From positions 12,427,659 through 12,491,658 of the forward strand of contig OZ316898.1 in the NCBI GenBank assembly GCA_973895155.1: DNA of 64,000 nucleotides, in the 5' to 3' direction. The DNA comes from Marsupella aquatica. Its lineage: Eukaryota; Plantae; Marchantiophyta. Shown here piece by piece: positions 40,708-53,453 of the stretch. A model generated the notes under the pieces. It saw only the letters and a program-made list of their open reading frames with translations. It had not been told where the DNA came from and ran no database searches. A program made the position numbers and the translations under genes. The first letter of the stretch is position 1. Every line of letters starts with the position of its first letter.

Positions 40708-42174
40708 TCAAGAAGATATTTTGTCAGCATCATCATCTGTGCCAAAGTAGCGGTCACCAAACTCACCCATGCCCGGAAGTACTCGATAATCGTCATTCAA
40801 TCCCGCATCAATCTCGGAGGTCACTATTTTCAACAAGGGGAAACGCTTACATACAGCATGGATACCTTCAGGTGCTGAGATCAAGTTAAGAAATATAATG
40901 TGATTCTCAGGAACTCCCTTGTCTATGAGCAACTCAATAGCCTGAACAGCAGAGTTTCCTGTAGCCAGAACTGGGTCGAGCAGTAAGACATGCCTATCCG
41001 CAATATCCCTTGGTAATTTCTCATAAATAAGTCGCTTGCCATTATCACCATCACGATGAATTAGAATTTTTCCAATCTTGATACCTTTACAACAAGCTCG
41101 CAGTGCATTTTCCATACTTTCTCCACTCCGAATGATGGAAACCCCACAAAGCTGCTTGCAGAAGTCAACTCCAATGTACACAGAGCTTGTTGGCGTAATT
41201 ACTTGTTTCTCAGTGAACGGAAGATGCCCAAGTCCATGCTCAACTACCAAACGTATGAGACGATCTGCATAGAATACGAAATCATATTTGGTAGTCTCTT
41301 GATCACGGATGAGAGTGTGCATACCCCGGATCTGGAAAGTTGACTGAATAACATAGACATTGGGGTAGATTTTGCGGAGGTCATGCTGCCCCAGTTTTGT
41401 CCGTATGTGCTGAACAATAAGATCAATTGCCACATGATTGTCTCCCCCTCTTGGAATGATAACATCAGCATACTTCTTCGATGGCAGGACAAATTCATCA
41501 AAAGATGGCTTCACGAACTTGGAATACTGCTCAATTACACCCTGCACATCTCTTCCTCTCTCTAGCGTATCCCTTTGTATCCTTCGAGCCAGCCGGACAT
41601 CCGCATCTGTGTCGACAAAAATCTTCATGTTCATCAATTCACGAACTCGGCCATCATAAAAAACTAGAATCCCCTCCATGATAATCACATCGACAGCATT
41701 TACCTGGCGGGATTTGTCACTGCATCGCTGATGCTTCTTGAAATCATACACAGGAATCGCCACTGGTTTACACTGCTTCAGTTTCCGCAGGCATTCCAGT
41801 AGCTGCTCTGTGTCAAACGCATCTGGGTGGTCAAAATTGTACTCTCCAACATTATGTGACTCCTCTGGAGTCAGACCCCTGTAGAAAGAGTCTTGATTAA
41901 CAAGAACAACCCGGTGGTCATGGAGTTGGTGAATTATCATGTCACATACTGTGGTCTTCCCGGATGCCGTGCCCCCGGCAACCCCAATGACAAATGGGGT
42001 CTTTGTGGCTGTACTCTTGATTTTTGCGTTGGCCTGCTGCTGCTGCTGCTGCTGCAACCCATTACCATCTTCCTGGAGTCGCGTTGGGACTCCACTCGAG
42101 ACCTGGACGTGGTTGTTATTGTTGAATGCTAAACCGATGGCACTCTCCATGCCCTGATCGACCCCCGACATCAT
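40708..42174 (-). CDS. UKL: Uridine/cytidine kinase with C-terminal UPRT-like domain (UKL/UCK family), 488 aa, intronless
   Basis: P-loop GVAGGTASGKTT, plus NFDHPDAFD, DTDADVRLARRI.RD..ERGRD, LLDPVLATGNSA and PGMGEFGDRYFGT, all in one uninterrupted ORF. Confidence 0.97.
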   Translation of the reverse strand: MMSGVDQGMESAIGLAFNNNNHVQVSSGVPTRLQEDGNGLQQQQQQQANAKIKSTATKTPFVIGVAGGTASGKTTVCDMIIHQLHDHRVVLVNQDSFYRGLTPEESHNVGEYNFDHPDAFDTEQLLECLRKLKQCKPVAIPVYDFKKHQRCSDKSRQVNAVDVIIMEGILVFYDGRVRELMNMKIFVDTDADVRLARRIQRDTLERGRDVQGVIEQYSKFVKPSFDEFVLPSKKYADVIIPRGGDNHVAIDLIVQHIRTKLGQHDLRKIYPNVYVIQSTFQIRGMHTLIRDQETTKYDFVFYADRLIRLVVEHGLGHLPFTEKQVITPTSSVYIGVDFCKQLCGVSIIRSGESMENALRACCKGIKIGKILIHRDGDNGKRLIYEKLPRDIADRHVLLLDPVLATGNSAVQAIELLIDKGVPENHIIFLNLISAPEGIHAVCKRFPLLKIVTSEIDAGLNDDYRVLPGMGEFGDRYFGTDDDADKISS

Positions 42175-43841
42175 CGTCTTCTTGTTCCCCTCACCTGGAA
42201 TCCCCTCCGAAAGTCACCCTACAAGAGGGATTCGGTTTGAGCCTGAACCATCCTGCATTTCATTTCACTTCGCATCAACTTTCTCTTCAGTCGTTCTCAG
42301 AGAAGATCAGGCTTTGAGCGGATTTCGAGTAGCAAGGTTGTAAACCGCATCAATCCCAACATCCCATCCCAACTCTCGATCTCATTGTAGATCTCATTCT
42401 TTCCTGTTGTCGACAGGGAATGGGATCGGGCAGAGCTACAAGCCAGACAGGACGCAGAGTTGTAGATCCAGCTTGATCTACAACTTGCAACCCGTGGTTC
42501 TCTGAACAAAGTGAAGTCCAGTGGGACCTCACCACCTCACCACATAATCATTCTTGTCTGTAGCTTTTGGGGTAGGGTAAGAGTGGTAGGGTATTTTGGG
42601 CTATAGGCCATGGCTCCCTAGAGGGAATGAATTACCACACCTACTGTAGATCCTGCGAGAGAATATTGAAAACGACTATGCATAGGAGGAGTCACGGCCC
42701 ATGTCCGGGGTAGTAATACAGAGAGTTAAATCAAAGAATGCCTGGCCAGGCTAGCAAGGGGGTTAGTAGGATAACCCATGACAGTGAAGGGGTTATTACA
42801 GCCCAAAACCCCAAAGAGAGGATGAAATACCAAACATAGAACTGGCAAGTTATTATTGAAAAAAAAAACTATGCATAGGAAGAGCACTGCCCATGTACTT
42901 GCTAGTAACACAGATTTAAATTAAAGAATCCCCACCCAGGCTCTGCAAGGGGGTCACGGCCCATAACCTTTAACAAAAATACAAATGACTACTCACGAGG
43001 AGTGTTCACATGACAATAAAGTCCTGTTTAGATGACATTACAGGATATAATGCCCTGAAAAGCAACAGCTTTGGCTCAAGTTTTGACGGGCTATTATTGG
43101 CCGTAATGATCTAGGACCTTACTACACTTAAAGGCCTAAGAGTTCTTTTTTCATTTTTTCTGACTTCAACAAAATACAGGAGAAACTTCCTAAGAGGTGA
43201 TCCAGATCTTGACGTGAAAAATACTAAGGGACATGCTCCCATAATGCCCTGAAATATACAAAGGGAAAATCACGAAGTACATTGAGGATAACCCATGACA
43301 GTGAGGGGGTTACAGCCCAAAACCCCAACATAGTCAATGAGCCCTTTGGGTTTTGGGCCCTATTTCCACCAAAACCTTCCACCCTAAGTCTCATAACCTT
43401 GAGTCAGGCTGGCAAAGGGGTTACAGCTGATAACTGTGAAGAAAATTACAAAAAAAACACACAAGGGATTTATGAAGAAAAGATGTGGAGACAAAGAGGA
43501 TTCATTCAGTCTTCTTGTGACTGTTCTTTCGGACTATAGTACTCAGGTCGGTATGAGGTGGGTCATAGTGTTGCTGCCAACCCGGGAGAAAAACCTCACT
43601 AGTCGCGAGCTCCCAGGCTAGTCCACCAGCAGCTACTCAACTGTAATGTACAATAGTGAGAGGCAGGTTCCATACTGTCCCTCCCCCCAGCTCTCTTTCC
43701 CCATCACACCCCCAAAGAGGCACTTTACACAGAACAGGGGCAATTTGAGCCACAGTGTCCAACCTAACCCAAAGCCCACTTTGAATGAGAAAAAGGTAAC
43801 TGGACCAAAATCAGTCAGTATTTGTGGACATATCTACATTA

Positions 43842-44085
43842 TTGCCTAGTGGACAGAACTCTGGACCTCCTCTCTTGGCACAAAGTTCCCACCTTTTAGG
43901 CTAAAAGTTGGATCCACAAATTCCAGGTAGATTTGGGATTGCAATTGGGTCCCTTTTGAGTGAGACATTTCTACATGATTGGCCTAGTGGACACAACTTT
44001 GGACCTCCTTTTGGCACAAAACTCCCACCTTGTCAGTTTAGAGTTGGGTCTACAAATTCAGGTAGACTTGGGATTGAGATTGGGA
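43842..44085. repeat. Imperfect tandem duplication of a ~138-bp unit (2 copies)
   Basis: GCCTAGTGGACA.AACT.TGGACCTCCT..TTGGCACAAA..TCCCACCTT...AGTTGG.TC.ACAAATTC.AGGTAGA.TTGGGATTG occurs twice. Confidence 0.8.
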
Positions 44086-45147
44086 TCCTAAGCCCTACAA
44101 TGTCTCCCTTGGTTCGTAAGGAGAAATGCTGCCTCAAGTTTGTGAGCGATGGACTATATTCAAAATTTGACAACACGCTCCAAGATCGAGTGGAAAGAGG
44201 ACATAACCAGGAGGCAGCATTTCTGTTCTCCCACTCTTTGAAGCGTTTGAAGGCAAGGAAAAAATTGGGGCCGGATGTTGTTCTAGTCCCTCAGTTGAAA
44301 CGCAGATGTAAGTCCCTCAGTTGATACACAGTCAAGGCTTGTGACACAAAACCACAATTACATGCACAACAATTTCACTACGGAAGTTGGGTGAAAACCC
44401 ACTCATCTCACATGAGTTGCATTGTGGTTTTTCTGAAAAGGAGTGAATGAAAACTCGCCCTCCCTCCCCCCCCCTCCCAGCAACTAGCAGAATCTACCTT
44501 ACGTTCAAGAGACTGAAATATATTGAGTGTCAAACACCCAGGCGAGTACCAGCTCGTGACTCACCCACAGCTGGCCCAATACTTCCCATCATAACTATTG
44601 ACATACATTGTGAGTTAGGCTCCCTTGCCTTCTTTTTATCTCTGAAAAAATTAGCAAACAAAGCGAAAATGCAACTCATCCTATGTATTCAGCAACTCAC
44701 CCCCGTAATGCGCCTATTGTGGAAAACTCTCTTTTCATGATTTTTCTTGAATTTTCGTGGTCATACATCCAATCTTGATTATTATTTTTTTGGACCCTTA
44801 GGGTCAGAGGTGTAGAGTGTCTGCAGTTGTAACGTTCCATCTGAAATCAAGGGAAAGACTGGATATGGCAGAGCCACTGTCATTTCAGGATATGGAACCA
44901 TGTAGTCAGCAGGCAGTAGGCAGCTTGTCAAAAATTACTTTGCTTTCGTTGGTCTCTGCATGATGACCATCTTGTGATCAGCAGTCTTCAGAATTATAGA
45001 TGTTTCGGTGCTTAGTAACATATTCAGTGACCAAACAGCTGGATTTCCTTAATTTCCGAGCAATTCACACTGCCAAAACTTAATTTCCTGCCCTTGTTCG
45101 ACATACACCGCAGTTGAACCCCTGTTGAAACACGTTCTCAATGAAAC

Positions 45148-48100
45148 TCAACTCTTGGGTGACTTAGCCACTTCCAAAATTTGTTCGAGTTGGTTAGCTG
45201 GTGGACAAGTTACATCGGGTACCACAACTGGGCCAAAGATCGTCCTAGCACTCCAAGATTTACGTGGTTCTAGCTTCACTGCAGGATACAGCTGCATGTT
45301 GACCAGCCCAGCAACCAATCACACACAAACCCTTCAGCTGATACTCCTTGGAGGAGCAGACTATTTTAAGCATAAAACTTTCAAGTGATTTTTCTCATAA
45401 TCTACTCATGGTATAGTACAATTCCTTTGAGTAGACAAAAGCACGCCAAAAGGACCATCCCGTGAGTGCATAAGGTCAACTACTCAACCCCAAACTGTGT
45501 CTTAGCAGTCCAAGATTCCCCAGGTTGCAATTCCACTGTGTCTTTCACCTGTGTTGTAAAGCACATGACCAATACCGAACTGCAAATTAGCTGCTATAAG
45601 TTGCCATCTAGCCCACCCAGTCGGTATAATGATTTCAATCACAGACTTTGAAAAAGCTGGCGCTAGAGAATCAGTATATCACATCTACATGTGAGAGGAG
45701 GAAGGTAAGACTGGACGTTGCTCTACACATCAATAATCTCTTCAACACTTCAAGCCCTACCCGCCCCCTCTCCCCCCCCGCGCCCCCCCCCCCCCACTCC
45801 CGGCTACAAAACCAATACAGGTAAGGGCAAAATGGCACTGACTTGCTTAACTTCCAGACCAGGCGCAAGAGACTCTCATCTGAAACACGTACCTGGGCAT
45901 TTTCGATGCAAACGAAATCCTTGTAATAGAGCTTCATCGTTAAATATGGATTCCAAACCACAGCATCGGGCCATCTGAAGCCACATTATAGAAAGAGTCA
46001 AGCTAAGTACCCTCGTGGGTGCATACATTGTATTAGAGGAAGAATTCATGCCTTCCTTTAGTGCAATTCTCGGTGAAGTGATAAAAGCAAGCCCAAAGAC
46101 GGATGGATAAAAAAGCTTTCACAAACTACTATTGACCTAATTCAAACCTACCTGACTTTCAAATTTGGATTGGAGAGTATATCTAGCTGCTCGAAAAAAA
46201 TTGTATAGCCAATCCTGCGAGTTAAGAACATGGTACTTCACTTACCCCTCATTTTCGATTGCAATTGTTTTTCCGAGTCCATTCCTCAACACCAGCCTCT
46301 TTGGAGCATCTAAATAAACGCGATCCACAAAACCCCCGAATGTAACTAGATCCCTGTAATAACAATTATTTTCCAACAACTGTCAAGCGTCACTAATCCA
46401 TAAATGCGACGACATTGATAACCCACATTCAAGTCTCCTCGCGTAGATATGCTTGATCATCCAGCGAAGTGTTATTGCATTGTAGTCGGTTGCAAACTCA
46501 GTTTCTTAGAACAGTGGATGCTTTATTTCTATACCAACATGTTATAGCAAAACAGAACAGTGGATGCTTTATTTCTATACCGACATGTTATAGCAAAACA
46601 TGGAATAGGCATGGCAACCTTGTCTCGGCTGTCTCAACAGGCTCTTTGGTGACCGGGTGCTTATCCAAGGCTTTCAGTCCATTCAAGCCTGTGATTACAA
46701 CATCCTCGATTTTTGCCTGCATTAATAATCACATGCCAAACATAGTAAATGTGCTGCGACACGTTGATTCATTATACAAGATAAGGAGGCTTTCATACAT
46801 CACTGTACTTAAATTAAAACATAAACAGCCCTCGAACGTAGAAGTGAACGGCTAGCAGATCAAACTACCTATATAAAAAGTTAGCATCACAGGGAAGTTA
46901 TTTGTTGCACTCACGCTGAAGTAAGAATGCAAGGCAGTTGTAAAGGTGAAAGGTTTCTGATCCACATTCTTTACGACAAGCTCTGTTTTCAACTTCTCTG
47001 CTTCTAGAGAGACCTGCGTCAGCATCCATAACAAATCTTTCAACAAAAATCTAAATTTTTATATCAGCAGAAAGGAGGCACGTTTTTACCCAATAAGCGC
47101 CAGTTACTCGTTCTCATTTACATGGAGTCTGTCTATCTACCCTAAAACTCATTGTTTTGAAAATTCGCTATTCTCTCTTTGCATGTAAGGAAAGAGTATG
47201 CAAAGATGACCCCATTACTTGAATGACTTTCTCTAGGACATACATAAATAATTGTGAAAATTTGAACCACTGCCGTAGCATCCCGCCTATTCTATTCAAA
47301 AATGGAAATCCGCTTATCCTTGATATCCGTTAAAGCCAAGAAAGGAGTCAAATTACCAGCAAGGGTTCACTTATACGAGAGCACTCTTCCTCGAGAGCTT
47401 GACACTAGTCCAATACGACCAGCTACAGCAGTTGTTCTTCACCATCGGCATGAATAAGATTGAGAAATAATTTTCCAGAAGCGGTCCAAGAATAAGACGA
47501 GGATGTACCGTATATTTAACGAGAAACTTGTAATCCCATATAGCCCGACTGTACTCTCCGTCCCTTAACTCCAAGGTAACAGATGGAGTGTCATTCTCAT
47601 TGCTTGAGCTGGCAACACTCCAGGACACGTTTCGTGCAAATCCATGCTGCCACCACACCACACCACACCAAACCAAACCAAACCAAACCAAACCAAACCA
47701 AATCACGATCAAATCAACATGGCTGTAATTGTTACCCTTCCATTCCTTTGTCCAAAATACAATTTTTATTGCAAATCCCGTGCATTCGTTTGCCTGAACT
47801 AAGGAATTAAAATGGCATCCTCCGCATTTGGGAACATAAGTACAATTCAGTCTCTTCTCAAATGCTCCCGAGACCCTGGTCACCTGTATCTGTTGGGAAT
47901 TTCATCTTAACAACTGACACATATAAAACATGAGAAAGTAAAGCACTGTTCACTTATGAACACAGAACCTAAGATCGAATGGATAACGGTGTCAACATAC
48001 CTGCTGTATGGCGCCCGGCCCAAACTGGGGGAAGCAATGGGGCAGCCCTCCACTGCAATTTGCGAAATGAGTTGGAGTTCAGTTCAGCATGACCACTACA

Positions 48101-48756
48101 CTGTGACTCTTAAGTAGACCGCAAACCAACGCTCAGAGCGTGAAGCAGAGCTGGGCAAATCAAATGAGCACAAAGATCCGTTGGAACAATTGCGAGTTCA
48201 ATCGGCAACAGAAGAACCAGGTAATCTGGGGTCAGGACCATCATCCACCGTTACCTGATAGGCTTGACTCCATCGAACACGGCGTCAGGACGCACATGCA
48301 AGAGCTCTGTCCCCTCTGACTTCCATGACGTGACAACTCCTCCATGGAGATAGATCTCCGCCTCGCTGCAATCAGATACTCCTCAGAAATCTCACGAGGA
48401 GGGGTATGTGACATATTCGCTGTTTTACTTAGCTGATAAATAATGAATTTTATAACGTTGTTAAACATTGACATCGGCTGGTGGTTGGACATTCCATTCA
48501 TTCATTCAAAGAACTAGAACTGTCCCTCTTACGCTAATTTCTAGGACGATTCCCTTCAAGACCGGATCCACTGTCGTGCGAAAATTGTTCTGTGTCTCGG
48601 ATGAAAACTGTTCAGCCCATAGACAACAATTTCAATCCAACCCAATTATTACCTTTTGTCTTTATTGTGGAGTTTGATCTTGGGAAGCCCACCTGTTCCC
48701 TCGAGAACATCGATCCCCTCGATAGCAAATGTCCCACTCAACCTACCGGTAGCCAT
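45148..48756 (-). CDS. Aldose 1-epimerase family / putative glucose-6-phosphate 1-epimerase. Exons 48756-48653, 48365-48255, 48052-48001, 47646-47509, 47013-46915, 46716-46619, 46353-46246, 45974-45893, 45291-45148
   Basis: Spliced motifs GTGGLPKIKL, SEAEIYLHGGVVTSWK, KPISGGLPHCFPQFG, QHGFARN, FTTALHSYF, VDRVYL and DAVVWNP..YKDFVCIENA. All junctions are GT-AG and phase-consistent. Confidence 0.92.
46510..46600. repeat. Intronic tandem duplication of ~46 bp
   Basis: AACAGTGGATGCTTTATTTCTATACC(A/G)ACATGTTATAGCAAAACA occurs twice. Confidence 0.9.
47651..47702. repeat. Compound pentanucleotide microsatellite (CACCA)n(AACCA)n adjacent to a splice acceptor
   Basis: Directly visible. It abuts the AG of the exon that starts at 47646 (-). 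Confidence 0.9.
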
Positions 48757-51714
48757 GGCAACGTCAGGGACAAAGGCTCACCTCGCCTGCTCAAATAATG
48801 GCCAAAACAACGACGGAAGTGACCAAACAAGCCTACTGAAAACAAGATCCCGCAACAAGAATAGGTATGCAGCGAGCACATGGGAGAATCAGATCAGATG
48901 ATTGAGGTTCCTCTTCTTCTCTACATTTCGTAAAAGCCTCTAAAAGGTACAGGAAAGCCCCGATTGCTAGCCAGCCAGAAAGCCTGCCTATTTGCCCCGG
49001 CGTGTCATGAACTCCACCTATCAAACTTCCTCAAATTCTGTGTTGCTTAATATCGTTCATTCCTCAATTATCAGTACACGCCCGGCGAGCTTCCCATCCC
49101 TTAACCAAGATTGCAGCCTATTCATACAATGCCGAAATCACAACTGTAAATTCATCTCTGCCTCATTCCCCACGAGAAAATGCCACCAACCCACCTCGGA
49201 AGAAATGCCCACCTCTCTACAGACTAAGACTACAGAAATCACCAAAAAGACTGTAAGAGACTCGATGAATGTCGCAAGGTGGTCCAAATTAATGGACTTA
49301 AGAAACTAATAGCTATACAGGCAGCTACAACGCAAGCGAAATTAATTGTCTTGGTTGCTGTTCCCTCCCTCCCTGCATCGTGCAAACTTACTCGGTGCTC
49401 TGCGTGGCACGAACAACACACAGTCGTGTATGAAATGACCGCCTGGGCCGAATGTTCACGGAATGTACCACTCCCGCAGGACGAGGGGCCGAAACGCAGA
49501 GTGCAGCAGCCGTAACAGGAGCACTGCTTCTATTGTAGTGGTGAATCATTGTCCCACCGAGAGCCTGCTGACTACCAAGCGCATACATTTTGCCTGCCCG
49601 AATCTGACTGGAGGGGACACCTTTTGATCGTTCGTTCTGCTTCTTCCTCCTGTCCCCTGGATTCCGGAGATTGCAAACTGCCCACGGAGTTGTTCTCAGT
49701 GGTCCAAGTGTGATAAACTCCTCCACCCTTCTTACGAACTCACGTACGCAGTTGTGAATAAGTACGTCTCGATACTTACGTCCATCAGCTTCTCCCTTGC
49801 TTACGTCCTGTAGTTCCTTCCTCTGGTCCAGTTCTCATCTCACTTTTGATCCAATCCAAGCCAACCCCAGCCCAGACCAGTAAAGTGTGTTTGAGAACTT
49901 ACGATAAACCGCTGAGTAGGTATCAACCAAGGAAACTCAAATGTTGAGGAAAAGATGCCGACCTTTGTGAGATGCTCGTGGAAAGCATGGTAATATGCTG
50001 TCTTACTGAACTGGAATATTCCTTATCTGCTGATAGGCAATGATTGTCTGGCTCATTCTTCGGCAGCTGTGTTTTGAGTTTCATTCCTTATCTGCTGCAT
50101 AGTCAAATGATTGTCTAGCTCATTCTTCAGCGGCTGTGTTTGAGCTGCTAGATTTCAGAGTTTTTACTGATAAGAGGAAGAATGATCACTCCAGCTCCCC
50201 ACTTAAAATAATGCTGTATTTGATGGATTTTTTATTTCTTTGTGAAATCGCGTGACTCGTTGTGACTGTTGAGTTGTTCTGACTGTCATTCGTTTTGGCT
50301 GGATGGAGCAGGCGTTTGCAGTTTCTCTTGGCATCTTCAATTATTTTGAGTGGTCTCTCCTTCCGATCCACGCTTTCTTGGCCACTTCGGCTTGGGCTTC
50401 TCCTGGCAATCGGGTCTGACATCCTTTCGTTCGAACATGATTGTGCAGAGTGAAATATGATGAGTATCTTCCAAACACATTTCACATTTCACATTAGAAA
50501 AGGTTCAAATGGATTGGAGCGATGAATTGGCGAGAGTGACAATATTGCCCTAACGTAACAAAAGCAAATTTCACATGTTGGTATAATAGGCAAGTTCTCG
50601 TTGTTTGACTTCTCCCTCTCGCCCAACGTAAGAACAGCAAGTCATGCTAAGCAAAGTTGTCGAGTGCAGAAGAACTGACTCAAAAATTGCTTAACGTGAA
50701 GAGTAGAAAAGCTCTGTACTAAAAGCTACACGCCCAAACGAGTCCCACAACTGGTGTATACATCAGGATCGGAAGCCACGTTGTAAGCAAATACGACAGA
50801 GATGAAACGAACTATGTATGTTGGAACGTTTTCATCATCAGAGGAAAAGAAAATGATAAATCCGCTCTGATAGAAGGGAGTAGTCATCGGGCCAATCTTC
50901 TTTTTACAGCACAATGGCCGCGAGAAAGGTTCCTCCTTAGTACAACTTCACCTATTCTCTCGTATTAAGCACTACTTACAGTTCAATTCTAATTCCCATT
51001 CCGTCCTAATGACTTGCCTCTTCAGCAAATACCGCGTGTTCGTAGTACAAATAGGAAAATCTAGTAGATAGAATAACTTCCACCATAGAATATCATCAAC
51101 CTAATATCCTCAATCGTAATTTCTTTGATTTCTTTGAAGTAGGGGTTCCATCCATGGCAGCCTCCATACCAAAATATGGCCAGCGAGGACAGATCTATAA
51201 GAACAGCAGCCCATCCTTCATAAACCTCCATTCCTATAAATCCTTCCCTCCAGATCCTCATGATATAGCCTACGGCCGCGATCTCCTCCAGTGTAAATTC
51301 GAAAAATGCTAAGATATGGAGGGTTTTAAGCGATTTCACCTTCAAAGAATGACCATGGCCTTGGAAGCAACAGCCCCCAACGTGAGCCCCTGTTATCAGA
51401 AGTGTAGAAAAGAGTGATGCAATTACAAGCTAGCTTCCCATCCCGGAAAGGTGAAAGTGACAGCGCTTTGTTGAAAACAACACCTTGAAGGTTTTGTAGA
51501 TCATGACCGGGACATGGAGAATTGCAAGTTAGTCTACAAAATGTGCCACCTCCAAGATTGTAGAAGAGGCTCTGAAGAGTACCCCTAGGTCTTCGGATTC
51601 ACGGTGATTCTGAAAGAGACTAGAAGTGAATTTACAGGCTAGTGTCCCTCGCAGAACTGAACACGCTTTCTAGACCACCAAGGGGAGAGATTTTTACCAT
51701 CGTACAATCACAGC

Positions 51715-53453
51715 TTATTTGTGTTGAAACTTTGGTTTCCTTTTCTCAACAAAGGCCGACATTCCTTCTTTCTGATCCTCGAGAGAAAATGCCGCACAGA
51801 ACAATGAATGTTCCAGTCTAATGCCCTCCTGCAGACCCATCTCGTAGGCAGAATTGACAGCTTCCTTAGCCATGGCAACAGAAGGTCTTGACAGCTCAGA
51901 TATGCTCTTTGCTAGTGCAACTGCCGCAGCCACTAGTGCCTCATTGTCTCCTGGAATCTGTGCACCAACAATATAGAGGGTGAACATGACTCCACGAGTT
52001 TTTGTTAAGCTTCATGCAAAAATCGTCATAAGAAGCACTACAATCGAAGAAACACTTTAGTTAAGTGAAAGAATTGAAAATGATTACGTACGACGCGGCT
52101 GACCAGGCCCCTCTGCACAGCTTCTTCAGCGTTCATAAAAGCTTTGCCTGTCAAAATCATCTCCATTGCACGCGACTTTCCCACTTGGCGGATCAGCCGT
52201 TGGGTTCCTCCAATACCAGGGATAACACCCAAATTGACTTCAGGCTGTCCAAACACAGCTTTCTCTCCTGCGAGAAGAATGTCACACAGCAGGGCTAGCT
52301 CACAACCCCCTCCAAGGGCATACCTATACCATTGAAAGAATTCAACCAAGAGGATCAGAAGAAGACTTCATATCACACACGCAACCCAATAGTCCACGAA
52401 GTAGAGTAAGGTTACTTAGTAAACAAAAGGCTGGAATTGTACATAGAGTTTTAAATTGATGGATGGAATGAGTGTCTTCGTACATCACACAAGAGATTCC
52501 ACATCAAAGAGTACCAAGTAGGAACTTGCCCATTGATGGCACCAATTACAGGCTTTCGTATGGCTCTCAAAGAATTCCAATCGCTAAATATTCGAGAATT
52601 ATAAGCCTCCGCGAATGATTTGTCCTTCATTTCCTTAATATCGGCTCCAGCTGCAAAGGCCTTATCCTTACCTGTAATTACAATGGCTCCGACCTGCGAA
52701 TCCAGCAACCAGCAAGCTTGCTCACTCCGTGATGAACAATTGCGCAGAAAACAGGGCTTCACAAATTACCCTGCAGAGGAGCTGAACCTATTTCTTTACT
52801 CTAATGCATGAGAATGAAAAATTGAAGTTTGCATGCAACCGAAGAAATGATACTAATGCTCATGTCAATCTTTTGCTCTTGCAAGGTCTTGCCACTCCAT
52901 AAAACAAACCAACACAACAGGTCACAGAAATGCTGGAGGAATCCAGCGAGGTCTCCACTAAACTTAGTGAGGGTGCGATAAATGGAAATTAATAATGGAT
53001 GGTACAAACCGTCTCTGACCCGTCAAACGCTTGGCAAGCGTCAACCACCTCGATCATCAAAGCCTCAGACAGAGCATTTAGGGCCTTCGGTCTATCCAAT
53101 AAAATCAATCCTACAGAACCACCTTCCACCAGCTCCGCCTTTATTGTTGTGTAGCTTTTGCCTGCAAGTGCGCCTTCAGTGTTATGCTCAAGTGTTTCGG
53201 AAACCGACCCACCAGCCTCCTGACTGTGAGATCTTCTTCCTCTACGAAATGGCTGACAAGGATCTGTCCTCCATGTAGCACCCGAAGAGCTTCTGCATAC
53301 AAGCCAAAGGCTTTCCAATCCCAACCCATGTCTAAGGACAGGTGGGGGACTGCACTCGTTGCCTACTATCCGTAGCAGAACTCGACTTAGAAATCCGGTG
53401 GATGGCCCGGTTGGACATAGCTTTGCAGCTGCACCTGAAAATCGCCATTCCAA
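51715..53453 (-). CDS. Enoyl-CoA hydratase (crotonase, ECHS1/EchA8-type), probably mitochondrial. Exons (start uncertain)-53010, 52693-52530, 52323-52092, 51957-51715
   Basis: Motifs [52 protein letters not shown] and [17 protein letters not shown]. The intron at 52324-52529 is GC-AG. The start codon is unresolved. Confidence 0.92.
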
